From Geosiphon pyriformis uo1 (taxonomy: Eukaryota; Fungi; Glomeromycota), in contig JAAOMT010000512.1 of NCBI GenBank assembly GCA_016748015.1, positions 398,180 through 462,179 on the forward strand: a stretch of DNA of 64,000 nucleotides, read 5' to 3'. How positions within the stretch are numbered: position 1 is the stretch's first letter; each line of letters begins with the position of its first letter. The position numbers were made by a program, and so were the translations under genes. Under the pieces are notes generated by a model that saw only the letters and a list, made by a program, of their open reading frames with translations, did not search any database and was not told the origin of the DNA. This document shows positions 1-16,164 of this stretch, one piece after another.

Positions 1-1117
1 CCAACAGAACTAATAAAATCTCATATGTTATGAGCATTAGTTCCTATTAACAGAGTGTAGAGCAGTGCTCTATAACAATTCTTTGTGTCCTATGTTTTCT
101 TGTTTAAGTCAGTCTTGACAACTTACACAACATCTTTCCTGATTAAGATGAACCATTTGGCTATAAATAAATTGGCATAATCTAAATGCTTAATCTCAAT
201 TATAGTCTTCTGTCAGAGTTCTACCAACTGTATTTTGATCAACTTAATTATTCTAAACTCAAACAATATAGTGTACACAGCCTTAGCTGACATTCCAACA
301 GAAATTTTTTTTACTACCACAATCTAAACACCCAGCATATTTTCTGAGATTGGTATTCACCAAAATTTTTGCACCAGTAGTCTTTTCAAAAGCCTGTACC
401 AAACTTAATTTAAAAGTAAACATTGCTCTAATGATTTCAACAAATTTTGAGAAGATAGACACCTTCCCAAAACCATTGATTTCTGAAAATAATTTTCTAA
501 CCACTATGTATTTTTCTTGAGACATTTTTTCAGCAACTTTATCTAATCCAATATTTAAAGTAAAAAATTTACAAACAGAAATGATAACCAAATTTTTCAA
601 GAAAGAAAAAAGTTTTAGTAAGACATCTGAAAAAACATCATTATTATTACCACTACCTGAGAAGTTAATTTTTTTTAATGGCTCTATCCAATGTTTTTTT
701 AGTTTTGACACACAAACTTTTAAGTACCTAATCAAGATCTCTATAAATAAGAGCACTATTTTTATTATAATTAAAACTGATCTCTTTTACTAGACATTTC
801 TTTTTTATATCAATACTGTCAAACTTAGTGGTGTCACCAGTCTCTAAACTTCATGAATGACCATTCTGAATCTTAGCCAAATCTTTTTTGTTACTAATAT
901 CATCTTTTAAAACACCACCTCTCTTCTTTTTTCTTGACAAAATGGCTTTGAAACTATTACCAGAGCCAGAATTTTTAACAGTTTTTTTTATAACAGCAAC
1001 ACTAAAGTCAACAATGGCTTTGTAATTAAGCAAAAACAGTTTGAATTTATTGTATTAAATAGTAAAAAACTTTTTTCAAAAAACTCTTTGAACTTTTTTT
1101 TGGAAATTTGGAATGAA
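1..1117 (-). mobile_element. Degenerate non-LTR (LINE-like) retrotransposon, 5' end and ORF1 region; continues beyond the left edge of the window
   Basis: Minus-strand ORFs 851-1033 (FKAILSRKKKRGGVL) and 283-756 (VVRKLFSEINGFGKVSIFSKFVEIIRAMF), followed by manual translation of 1-282 (AVYTILFEFRIIKLIKIQLVEL*QKTIIE..RALLYTLLIGTNAHNI*DFISSV), read as one interrupted RRM-like ORF1. Stops fall at presumed W/R codons; no CpG seen. Family assignment is from recalled similarity to Glomeromycotina LINE ORF1 proteins. Confidence 0.7.
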
Positions 1118-1130
1118 AAAAAAAAAAAAG

Positions 1131-2068
1131 TTTTTAATTACTATTAATTTTTAAAATAATTGTTGAATGTTTTAAAGAATAATTATAATAAAAAACTAAA
1201 TATTGAAAAAAATATATATTTTTGGTATAGAGTTTTTTTTATGTTTTTAATTTGGGTATTTCTTAAAATTATGTATTATTTTTATTTATTATTTAGATAT
1301 TATTATTAAAGAAATTATTATAATAATATAAGTTAAATGTTTAAATTTGGTTATTAATTTATTATAAATATTGGTTCTAAATTTTAGAATGTGTTGTGTT
1401 TGTTATATGATAAAGTGAAATTTTTTAATTATATTTTTATCTACTTAAAAAATACCATTTTATATAAGAAGTAATTTAAAAATTGGTTATTTACTAGAAG
1501 TTTTTGGTCAGTACTAAAATTTTTCTGTTATTAATAATTATTCAAACTTTTTTATCAAGCTTGTCAAATGTCAGTCTGTATAAAACTTTTTACAAAAATT
1601 TTGTTATGAAAAAATAGTTTAAGAAAATAATATTGATGTTTAAAAACAGAAAAAAGACAGCTTTAATGATAGTAAAATTTGCTCATAAAATTATAGAGTA
1701 TTACAAAATAGTGATGTGAATTTTTAGGTCTAAATTTAAAACAAACATAAAACTAGTAGTTTGGTTAGTAACATAAATGTGGTTTTTGGACTATTATATT
1801 TTTTATTATTTTGCTTTTTGAATAATGTGGTTTGTTTACTTAATATTAATAAACTTTTGCTGTTTATTTTGGTTTTTATAAGTCTTGTTTATTTTTTTCT
1901 AAATTGGATAGTAATATAAAGATATAAATAAGTATGTAATATAGCTTTAATTAGTTCAAATAGCTAATTATATATAAAAAGTATATAAGTTATATTTAAT
2001 TAGAATCTTTTAATTTAATTTTTTGTATTAGATAGCAATTAAATTATACTTGTTAAATAAATAAAAAA
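1131..2068 (+). mobile_element. Degenerate 3' end of a LINE-like element: ORF2 C-terminus with mutated CCHC zinc finger, 3' UTR and (TAAA)n tail
   Basis: 1397-1444 translates CLLYDKVKFFNYIFIY, which converts to C-x2-C-x7-H-x3-C (CLLCGEVEFSDHVFTC) by A->G/T->C reversions only. The ORF ends FAVYFGFYKSCLFFSKLDSN..ISM* near 1939. The terminus 2023-2065 ends in gttaaataaataaa and matches the intact mini-copy at 21345-21387. Confidence 0.7.
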
Positions 2069-2868
2069 CAATTGCTATTTTTTAGAATTTTTATTAATAT
2101 TGCAAAAATTTAAAATATTATTAACTATAAATTTGCTTTTTTTTAAGCAATTTTTTTTTACTATTGTTTAAAGTTAAAAAAACAAAAAAACAATTTTTTT
2201 TATTAATAATGCTATTAATTTTTTAAAAATACCAAAAAATAATGTTTTTTTAATATTTTTATTAGTTTAATTATATTAATATTAAATATAGTATTTAATT
2301 TTTTTTGAATATAAATTATAATAATATTTTTGCCAAATTTAGTTTGAATTAATATTTGATTATATTGCTTAATAAAATAAAATTTAATTATATTTTATAT
2401 TTTAAATAGTATAAATTAAAGTTTGTTAATTTTTAATAATATATTATTATGTATTTTAAAATTTATAAAGTTTTTAAAACTGTTTTTGTTTATTAATTAG
2501 TTTTAATAAAAAATAATATTAATTTTTTTTTAAAATTAACAATATAATTATTTAAATATATAAACAAACCTATTTTGTTTTTTAATTTAAAATTATTATA
2601 TTCAAAATTAATATTTTAAAAAAAATTAAGTTTTTAATTAAGTTTAAAGTTTTTAATACTTAATTAATTAACATAATATTATATACAGTCAAACCTAAAA
2701 TAATTTATACTTTTAATGAATACAAATTGCTATAGGTTATTACAGATTATGAGTTTTTTTAAGTTTAAGTATATATAGTATACATATAATAAAAATAGAT
2801 ATAATATTATTAAAAAATAAATTTATTTGCATATTCTTATTAATTAGTTTATACAATATTAAAGAAAT

Positions 2869-4200
2869 TTATAAAAGTTGTTTATTTTTGTTTATCTTGT
2901 ATTTTTTTATAAGTTTACTAAATATATTATAAAATTTCTTGATATTTTCAAGCTCTATAAACTGTTCAAAATTTGTAATAGCAGTTAGTACATTCTTAAT
3001 ACTTATTACTTTTTGTATCTTTTGTTTTTCATCAGAGCTATCATGTTTTGTTTTATGATTTTTTATAATATAATTTGCAATCTTATTATTATCTAAATAT
3101 TTCAAAGTAATTATATTATTTTTCTCAGATAGATTTACCAACTTTTTAATTAATAAATATATATAATTTGGATATATACAATTAAACTTTTTGTAACAAT
3201 TTTTAATCTTTTCTAATACTATTTTTTGATTATAATTAGCTATTATTTTCAAGTTTGTAGTTTTATTTTGAAAATTGTTATTTGTATTAATTAGAAAAAT
3301 GCTAATTTTATGCCAGCAATAAGTAATTGTTTCATTTAAAATATTTTCTCATGTTTTATAAATTAAATATATTGCTTAAAGTTGGTTAATTGCATAAATA
3401 TTATTAACACTATTATCAAAAAGATCTAATACATGATAAAAAAAATAGTAATAATAATATGTCTTAAAACAATAAATAATTCTAGTATCCATAGATTAAA
3501 TATGTGTTATTAGGTTAAGTACAAACTATTCTATATGAATATTTGTAATAGATTTTATATTATAGTTGTAACTAGCAAATTGTTTACTAATAATAATATG
3601 TTTTGGTTTTTTTTATGCAGCTAATAGTTCCAATCAATAAGTCATTATTAAAAAATATTATCAGTTATTTAAGCATGAGTGTTTAAATAATATTGGAAAC
3701 CAAGTTGCTTTTCTGATTTTTTTGGAAACAGCATAGACATTTAGCATAACCAATAATAAGTAGTAGTAAACACTCAGTTTTATTAGTATTAATTATAAAA
3801 ACAAGTGTTAATTACATTTTTGATTGTTTGATGCCATAATATAGTATTGTAGCAAGACTTTAATTTGGTAATATGACATAAAATAATGCAGCTTTATCCA
3901 TGTTAAAAATATTACATAACCTCTAATCAGCAAGAAGTATTATTACACATACTTATTTATCTTTAATATACTTAATATTAGCTGATAATATATTACCATA
4001 AAAGTAAAGTAAATGCAATCTAATACAGTCTTTAAAGCTTTCAAGCCAGCTATTAGATAGTTTTTGGCATTTATTTTCTGGAATATTCAATTGATTATAG
4101 AACTTTATACTAATAGCTTGAATTATATTTTTAGTAAATGTTATTTTATGTAATTCTGTCTTTTAAACAAAAATAACAAGTGCTTTATTAAAGTTAGTAT
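2869..4200 (-). pseudogene. pogo/CENP-B-like DDE transposase pseudogene
   Basis: Manual minus-strand translation gives motifs in canonical order: LSNSWLESFK (CENP-B HTH, SNGWL..FK), IFNMDKAALFY (NMDETGLFY), LLIIGYAKCLCCF (IG..KRPRCF), ILLLVNN (LLLVDN), *SMDTRII (QPMDAGII), AINQL..ETITYCWHK, then the acidic C-terminus in ORF 2869-3252. Many stops and frameshifts; 5' limit approximate. Confidence 0.85.
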
Positions 4201-5310
4201 TACTCATAAAAATTAGAGATTATAATAAGTAGATAAAATAGCTAATCAGAAATAAGCATAATAAAAAGAAAAATTACAGGATTTTAGAATTCCAGAATTT
4301 CAGAATTGCAGAATTTCTGTTAAAAAAATTGAAAAATTTTAAAAAATCTTGTATAATACAAATTATGTATATATAGTAAAAGTATTAGAAACAAAAAAAA
4401 AAACTCAGACAAAACAATAGCTAGCAATAACTATTTATCTTATACTTCTCTTTTCAAAAGATAGTTTTTTATAACTTAAAATAAAATTATATTAATATCA
4501 ATAAAATATCTAATTATTATCAAATCTATGTTATTATTACTTGATTAAAAAAATATTAATCTATTTCATATTATCAACACTTTATGTTAATAGAATTTAA
4601 TATTTAACTACACTGAACCAATAGCTTTTGATCATGGCTATTGATAAAATTCTAATTTTTTATTTTTTTTTATTTTTTTTATTTTGTTTTTTTGTTGTTT
4701 ACTAATTAATTAAAAAAATTAAATGCTAAGTATTTAATGTCAAAAATAGTCTAGTAAAAAACTTAAGAACAAGAATAGAAAACTTAAGAATAGCTTATCA
4801 GAAAGACATAACTGCCAAAATAAATTGGTTATTATGTTAAAAAAACCATCAATTAAATTTCTGTTCATTATATAAAAAACTCAACCAAAACTTTTAAACT
4901 CCAAAACCTTTAAAAATTACCAATATTTTCCATTATTGAGCACCAAGTTACAGATTTGTTATTTGTTCTAACATTTTAAATAATGACTTATAATATTAAA
5001 ATTACATATTGTGCTATATATTTGCTAGTTAAATCATATATTATATTTGCTTATGCACAAAAATTTGGTTTATCTTTAACCCAAGCCAAAACTAAAGATT
5101 GTTTTATGTATAAAAAACTGTTTTTCTTAAAGTGTTTTGCAGTTTTTAATTGGTTTTTATTATTTGTATGATATTAATTAAGCATTATAAGTTTATTATA
5201 AAGTGTAATATTTTTACAACTTTGTGAAATACAAACTGAAGAAATAATATGTTTTTTGTTATTAAACATAGTAGAATCAAAAAACAAAAAAAAGTACAAG
5301 TAGAATAAGA

Positions 5311-5747
5311 TTGATCCAAAAATTCAATTTGATTACTTACATAATTAATAATAATTTAAATTTAGAACAATTCAAAACTGATTTAATTATTCACAAAATT
5401 AATAATAATTTAGAACTTGAAACAATTCAAAACTCTGACTTAATTACTCATATAATTGATAATAATTTAGAACTTAGAACAATTCAGAACTCTGATTTGA
5501 TTACTTACAAGATTAATAATAATTTAAAACTTGAAAAAATTCAAAACTTTGACTTAATTACTTATATAATTAATAATAATTTAAAACTTGGGACAATTCA
5601 GAACTTTGACTTAATTATTTACAAGATTAGTAATAATTTAAAACTTAAAACAATTCAAAACTCTGACTTAATTACTTATATAATTAATGATAATTTAAAA
5701 CTTGGACAATTTGAAACTTTGACTTAATTACTTATATAATTAATAAT
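5311..5747. repeat. 57-bp minisatellite, about 7.5 copies, inside the pogo-like element
   Basis: Unit approximately ACAATTCARAACTYTGACTTAATTACTTATATAATTAATAATAATTTAAAACTTGGA with period 57 (acaattc at 5422 and 5479); it produces the 19-aa periodic ORF 5311-5727. Confidence 0.9.
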
Positions 5748-6030
5748 TATTTTGTTAAATAAATGATGTTATATTATCATATAGCATTTTTAATTATGAA
5801 AATATTGGTTTGCTTTACTGCAATTTTATCAAAATTAGCAGAATTTAAACTAAATTTAACATTTAAAATAACTCATACTAATAGTAAAAAGTTATTGGTT
5901 ATTGAATATTACAGATATAAGTTATAAATATAAGAATTTTTTAAATACCAAATTGGTAAATTCAAAATACTATAACTTATTACAAGTTATGAATTATCTT
6001 AGTATAAATTATTTTAGGTTTAACTATATA

Positions 6031-6420
6031 TTAAAATTATTATTTTTTTGGTTTTATATTTTGTAATATTACTTAGTTAATAAATTTATTAAAAATGTTA
6101 ATTATTTAAATTATTCTTTTAACAAAATAAAAGCACAAAATTTGTTTTTTTTGTTCAATTTTAAATAGTTTTAATTGGTTAAATAACTAATTACATATTA
6201 TTTGTAATATAATTTACATTTACTATATAATAATTGTATTATGTAAAATAATTAATGATTGAATTATACTATTTATTGTATTGTTTAATGTTAAACATTA
6301 AAAAAAAATTTAATTAATAAAAAAATTAATACAATAAAATTTTGTGCTTTATAATCAATTTAAAATATTTATTATAAAAATCAAATTTTAATTAACAAAC
6401 TAAAAAATAAAATAATTTTA
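6031..6420. repeat. AT-rich dispersed repeat with internal inverted motif (possible MITE relic); inverted homologue near 44600-44760
   Basis: aaagcacaaaattt (~6130) and aaattttgtgcttt (~6337) are inverted copies. The reverse complement of ~6121-6215 aligns by eye to ~44608-44700 (gtaattagttattt..aaattttgtgcttttattt). Confidence 0.45.
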
Positions 6421-6929
6421 CATCATTTTTGCTGAAAATATGACCTCTTTTTTATATTCAAGGTTTTTTGGTAATATTTATAATTGTTTTTCAAGTTTCA
6501 GGTTCTACTAGCTTCCGAAGTCTTTTTACGAAATCACTCACAAATTTTGGTCATTGTCAGGTGTTTATCCGATGAAAATCAACAATTCCTTTGGCGAAGC
6601 TGTTGTTTGATTCGAATTTTTCATTTAAAGGTTGCAATTTTAATGAAAAATCTCTTGCATGTACTGAACAAAATTTTGAATCGATCTTAAAAGATCTCGA
6701 AAGCATAGTTTTATGTAAAATAAAAGACAAAAGTCTTTTTGAAGGATTTATAAAAAACAAACATTCATTGTATTAGTGAGAATGTATCTGTTGTAGGTAG
6801 TTGTTTTCTCAAATGCTAAATCAATATAACTGGGAATCTCTAAGGATTTTTAATTCCAAGAAAATTGACAAAATGTTCTAAACAAATTAACATTAGATTT
6901 TGTTTGCGTCCTCATTATGAAATAACCAA

Positions 6930-10305
<3,376 letters not shown>

Positions 10306-11162
10306 TGTGAGTGTATATACTTTAAAAAGGTTTTCTTCTCTATAGAATCAAAAGGCACCAAAAATTATTTTATTGAAAAGTACAGAATTTGTGGGCGCAG
10401 TAGTTTTTGGTTTCTTTGGTTGGAAAGGGAGGAGATTTAACAAGCTTTTTATAATTTTTGGTGACTTACAAGTCGGTTCGCTAAAGACCGCGTTTTATTT
10501 GGCCCGGTTGACTAAAGAAGGAAAAGAAAGGGAGTCGAGTATACTGACAAATTTTTTATTATTGCGAGTCACTTTTTATGCTCTTTAACTTAGGGAGTCT
10601 AGCTTACGCAATTGATGACGCAGTCACGTTGCACTGCTCTTTTGATTGACTAGTTGCGTTCGATTTTTTTCGAGTATTGATATTTTGAATTGATGCTAGA
10701 GTACTTTGAAATCGAAGGGACCAGAGAAACCTCCAAGAAAGTAAGGTCATAATGTCAATCTGCGAAAAGCTAATCTTTGCGGATGTAGGGCAAATGATAT
10801 TGTGCTAACACTCTTATTAGCCGAAAGATGCTATTTTAAAAATCATGTTCAAATAAATTCGAGAATATTCCGGTGGGTTCCTTAAAACTTTATTTCGTAT
10901 GTGAAAAGGTTTATTCGGGTGGAAAATCTTCATCGGTGGAATTTTAAGTATTGGAGTTAAATTAGAGGAAACCTCATTTATTTTTTCAAAGAAAATTTAT
11001 AAAATGATCCATATAAGTTTAGGCAACTATATGTCTCATGAAATACAGTCAATGATGTTGTAGACAGTGAGAAAAGCAAACCACAATATGCAGGGAACTC
11101 GTAACATTCTTCGAAAAAGTTATTGAATCATAAAAAAAAGAATGAATATAACCGGAATTCAG

Positions 11163-13930
11163 TCAATCCTCCTCATAGTTGTCACAGAGATCATGCATAG
11201 TCTCCTTCATAGCAATAAAATCTTCCCCCATCAGGCCTCGAGCTCCATGCCCAAATTCTGGGTACATATCAAAGTGAATGGTTCGAAGAGTACTGTTATA
11301 TTTTTTGAGAAGATGCCATGGTCTCGTTGAGATTGAAAGACGTGACATAGTGGGGACGGAAAAGACTTGGAAGTACGAGAAGAGTAAACGCAAGTGTTTT
11401 AGATGTAAAATAAGGCAGACACTAGATACCTTTCATTCAATATGAATTACCTGGCTGAATTGATTCTCTGCTGATTCCCAAATCCAAAAAATGTATCACT
11501 CATGTGAATGGGGTATTTTTTAAATCACTTAACTCGAACCAAATTAGTCTTGACAAGTACCTTGAATGGTCAACGTAGCCATTTTCAGTCAAATTCCTAA
11601 AAAATTGAGGATAGGAATTGGGGATAGGAAAGGATACTTTGGTTGTATGCCTTTGGGTGTTGTAGTATTGCAACTTTTAGACACTTTATAAGTGAATATT
11701 CACACAAGATTCAAGAAAATTGAAATGAATTACCAAGAAGCATATCTGCCCCCCGTCCTGCCGAATCTCTCAAATATCATGTTTTTGATCTCATTGGAGC
11801 TATTGGGACTAAAAAATTTTATCTAATACATGATCTTTTACTTAATACACTAAAGTATTAATTACGGCAGCCCTTACGTTCCACTAAGACCAAGTGGGAA
11901 AGAATCCGGTATCCCCCTTAAAACGGTGGACTGACCGAACAATGTTATGGCCTTAAGAAAAAGGAGTGAGCGTAGAGATCATGCAAACAAATTTACCTAC
12001 GCCTAAATATGTATTACCGTTCCTTTGTTGACTTTAACAGATAGTTCTTCCAAAAGGTTGTTATTTTGATCGAGTTTATCAGCTACATCCAAACCGCCAT
12101 ACGGTCCAATTGGAAAAGGAAAAGCCGAGGCCAATGTTCCGATATTTGTATTCCCGAGCCAATTTATTTGTGAAAAAAGATTAGTCATTGAGTTAAAATT
12201 ACGTCGTGATCTATGGATATAAACAAGTTAGTGATAACTAAAAGTCACATAGAGAAATGAGGGGATAAAAAAGAAATACCTGAACGGCAAAGAAGCCGTT
12301 TCAATTGCAGCCGAAAGGGTAGCACTAGAATGATAGGGTAAATAGTGCTTAAGAGGAGAAAACGAGTTAGATATCGTAAATAGTAATTTTAATGCCACCT
12401 CGCTAACTCACATTTGGCTGCGTATAATGAGACGTGTCCACGATACTAGAAACCGAAGTGTTTAATGGGATGAATAATGAGGATAATTCCGTAAGATGTA
12501 AAATACTGAAAGCGGAATTCAGAACTTGTTTTTGGTAAATTCTAGCCTTTCATTGACAAAGGCTGTCAATAATCAGATGATATATTAATGGGAAAAGAAA
12601 TAATATTTTTTACTTGTTTAGGTGGTGCCCATCTTTGACTCTCAGCAATTCCAAAAGTCATGATTGCACTTTTAGGATATTCATCACGTAATTGTTCAAG
12701 AAAGCTACTCGCAAAACCTCCAAAGCCCCCCAATATATCAGTCAAAATGTGAAATCCCTAGATAATAAGACCAAGTGAGAGATTAGTTGTGAAACATAAT
12801 AAAATTCCATTTTTTTGAACAGTCACGAAATTATTTGGGTGAACATACCTGGATCCCATCGCATTCTTCCGCGAAGGACCTGAAATTTTCTTCAAAACTT
12901 GCATGTTCCTGTTTAAGCAAGTTTATTAGATTAGAGATTAATTTGAACGAAATACTGCAAATACCAGCCTTTTCGTTTTTGGCGAAAGCATCACACCCAT
13001 AAGAAAAAATATCAAATGGCATAGAAGGGTGACCGAATTGGTATTCAGGGATTTCAATGATGCTTTTTGGATGATAATATATTCTATTAAAGTCTGACCA
13101 CATTTTCACGGATCCTTCCATATTGAAACTCTTTTCGGAAGGTGCTGAGTTCTGAAAATTTCCCAACAGAGAAGCCATTCAAAAATAAGTGTGAAATTTT
13201 AAATTTCAATCAGGCAAAAATAATGGCGTATATATGCCTCCTCAGTCTCTAGATTTTTTAAGAATTCATTTTTTTCATAAGGGACCTCTATGAGAGGTTC
13301 AATATTCGAATTCCTAAAAATTGGCAGTAGATGATTAAACTTTTGTAAAGCGCAAGATTTCACCAAATATTTTAGCATATATATCACAAACCAGATCTCC
13401 CCCTCCTGAAGTATTTGTTCTTGGGGGTTATATCCAAGGTAACTATTATCTTCATAAACATGATTTATTTTTCTTAAAGAGCCAAAACCACCTAGATAAA
13501 ATGTTGAAATTTGTCAAGGAATCTTTGCTATATAAATCCAATCGAGAACTTACACATACCTTTCAGGTCAAAAATCATCAGCCTGGGCGAATAAGTTTCA
13601 ATACCCTGTCGTTAATAGGGAATTCTCACTAATTGTTAAGATCAAACATGAACATAGTAAATTTGATATTTTAATCTTACCCGTGGGGTAATACCCGTAC
13701 GGAACATTACATCATGCAAAATTTCTGGCTCCTCTTGAGCAAGAGTATCATCGTAAGTAAAATAAGCTTCCTGAAAAAAAGCAACATAACTCTGAGTCAA
13801 TCGTATCAATTAGGTGAGAATAGCCGAATTAATTAGAAATGAACAATTATTTATAAACCTGGGTATTCCAAAAATGCGTTCCGACAAAATTGGGGAACTC
13901 ACCAAACTGTAAAGTAATTATTTCGTGCAT
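11163..13930 (-). CDS. DML1: Misato/Dml1 tubulin/FtsZ-like protein (multi-exon)
   Basis: Start MHEIITLQFGEFPNFVGTHFWNTQ; ETYSPRLMIFDLKGGFGSL; VKMWSDFNRIYYHPKS; FRSFAEECDGIQGF; YHSSATLSAAIETASLPFR; FGQSTVLRG; ends DLCDNYEED*. These are hallmark Misato-family motifs. Confidence 0.93.
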
Positions 13931-15420
13931 ATTAAATAAATTCTGAAACGTGAAAGCCTTCTAATTCAATAATAATTAAAATTTTTAAATATGATATCAA
14001 AGTTTCAGCCTTTGAAACTTTGCAAAGCTAAAAAGCTGAAAGAGATAGAAAATTTTTCAAGAAATAAAGATTTAAAAAAGATTGGTGGTCGGATATATCT
14101 AATAAAAGACAAGTTTGGTCCGCCAATAATGAGAAGTATGACTTCAAAAGCCGGATGATTAAAAATGAGATCGACTATGTCAAGCCATATACTGAGATGT
14201 AATTGGTTCTAACGCAATCTAAATTGTTAATAACTCTTGTCACGGAAAAAAAAAAAAAAAAACCTGGGAAATGTTTACGTGCTCATAATTGTCAATCATT
14301 TAGTTTATGGTTTCAGAAATTGAAGGCATTGAGTTTCAGTTTTATCAATCTCAAGGATGTATTGTTTATTTTTAAATTCAGTAATTTTAAGTTGTTTAAA
14401 AAAAAATATTGGAAAGGTAAGCTGTTCAGGATATAATTTTTGGTCAAATGAAATTTTTTGATTTCGCATTTAATGGTAAATTATGCAAATTGTTCAGTTG
14501 TAAGTTTTTTTTTTTTTTCTAAATTTGAATTATCAACTCGATACCAAGCCTTGATTTTAAAAAAAAAATTGCCACATATTTGAATTCAAAGAATTTTTGA
14601 GAAAAAAGTTTTTCATTGTAACCCAAAAGATTAGGAAAGAAAAAGGTTTTTTAAGCTGATCGAACATTGAGATTGAATTACTTTTTTTTCGAAGCGAAAT
14701 ATTTTCAATTAGGAATGATCTTTGAAACTTCCAAAGAGTGGTTTTTAAGAATTTATATTTTGAAACTGAAACTAAATCCAAAATATTTAGGTGTATTTAA
14801 AATACCCTTTTCAACTCAAATTTTTCAATTCAATGAGAATATTTCGATAACCTAATATTTCATGATATTAGGAAATATTATAAAATTCGGGTTTGAATTA
14901 TTTCGAATTAGCTTCACTGAATATTAAGATTTTTTTGCTTCCAGAAATTTCTTGATTTCATTTGATCGGCTTCGACTAATGAATCAGTAGTTTTTTTGGG
15001 AAAGAAATAAAATGTTGTTTTTCATAGAAGATTCTGGAAATCGGACCATCCTAAACTAAGCTAGACTTTATTCAACAAATGGCGCGAAAGAACAGGACCA
15101 CGTGAAAAGCCGCATTGGTCTGATTAAAAAACATAAACAATAGTTTTTCAGAATGTTCAGAATTCAAAAACTATTTCTTACTTCAAAACTGTAGCTGCCA
15201 GTTTTTAGTTTTTTAACTTGATTTGTTTTAAGGTAGGGTATCAATAATAGATCAATTTCATGTTAAAAAGCACTGTTGAAAAAATTTATTCTAAAAATAA
15301 CCTTATAGTCACTAGTTCTTGGTGAAAGTCTCACTTTAAGTTTATCGAAACACGGGAATACTTAATATCAGTCAAAACCCCTATTATAAAAAACTATTAT
15401 TAAGTGAAAACCTGCGAAAA

Positions 15421-16030
15421 ATGGAATCAAATATTAGAACACCAATGAAATCGATTAATATCATTAACAATAATTCACCAACAAGAATTCAACAACAAAT
15501 ATCCCCGGTAACTGCCGTAATTAAAACTCCTGAACTTGTTCTCCACATTTGCAGTTTTCTACCAACACCCGATCTTCTCAATGTGCGTAATGTCTGCAGA
15601 CAATGGCACGAACTGATTAATATTCCTAGTCGTTTCGTTAGTTATCTCAATTACCTTTGCACAAAAACTCCTACAATTTATATCCTCAAAGAAAGAAATT
15701 ACAACAGCGAAGAACATGTGAATAAAACTATTGGTGTATTTACCGATGAACGAACAGCCAGGAACGCTATGATTCGAAATCATAAGGAATTCATGCTAGA
15801 AATGGAATTTCATTATTCTTCTCATGTTGATGGTTGGTATAAACGAAGTGCTCGACCGTTAGAGCCGGGTGATGATGAATGCACGTATGAATGGTATTTG
15901 GAGAAATATGAAGATGTAGTTACGAAACGGGATTTAAATGATGAAATAGAGTATGATCCGGAATGGGTTGCTACTGATAGTGAGAGTGATGATGATGACA
16001 ATGACAATGACAATGACAATGACAATGACA

Positions 16031-16083
<53 letters not shown>

Positions 16084-16164
16084 CAGGACGAGGAGGTGGA
16101 GGTGGAGGAGGAGGAGGAGGAGGATGAGGATGAAGATGAAGAGGATTGGCAGGAAGACAATTAA
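15421..16164 (+). CDS. Intronless F-box-domain protein with long acidic C-terminal tail
   Basis: 247-aa ORF. VIKTPELVLHICSFLPTPDLLNVRNVCRQWHELI fits the F-box consensus (PE..I.S.L...DL.....VCR.W). The last ~60 aa are almost all D/E/N. Confidence 0.8.
15988..16143 (+). repeat. Compound coding microsatellite (GACAAT)n-(GAT)n-(GAG)n
   Basis: Directly visible; encodes the DNDNDN / poly-D / poly-E tail of the F-box ORF. Confidence 0.95.

Larger units (their letters stand above)
2686..6026 (-). mobile_element. Full-length degenerate pogo/Tigger-like (Tc1/mariner superfamily) DNA transposon with TIRs and TA target duplication
   Basis: Left end TA|CAGTCAAACCTAAAATAATTTATAC (TA 2684-2685); right end GTATAAATTATTTTAGGTTTAACTA|TA (TA 6027-6028) is its inverted repeat with two G->A changes. 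Encloses a DDE transposase relic. Confidence 0.85.

Noticed and set aside
5311-5727. 138-aa repeat-protein ORF or CRISPR-like array
   Set aside because: Head-to-tail 57-bp units with no unique spacers, inside a dead transposon in a eukaryote; the ORF lacks an ATG start and is explained by the unit length being a multiple of 3.
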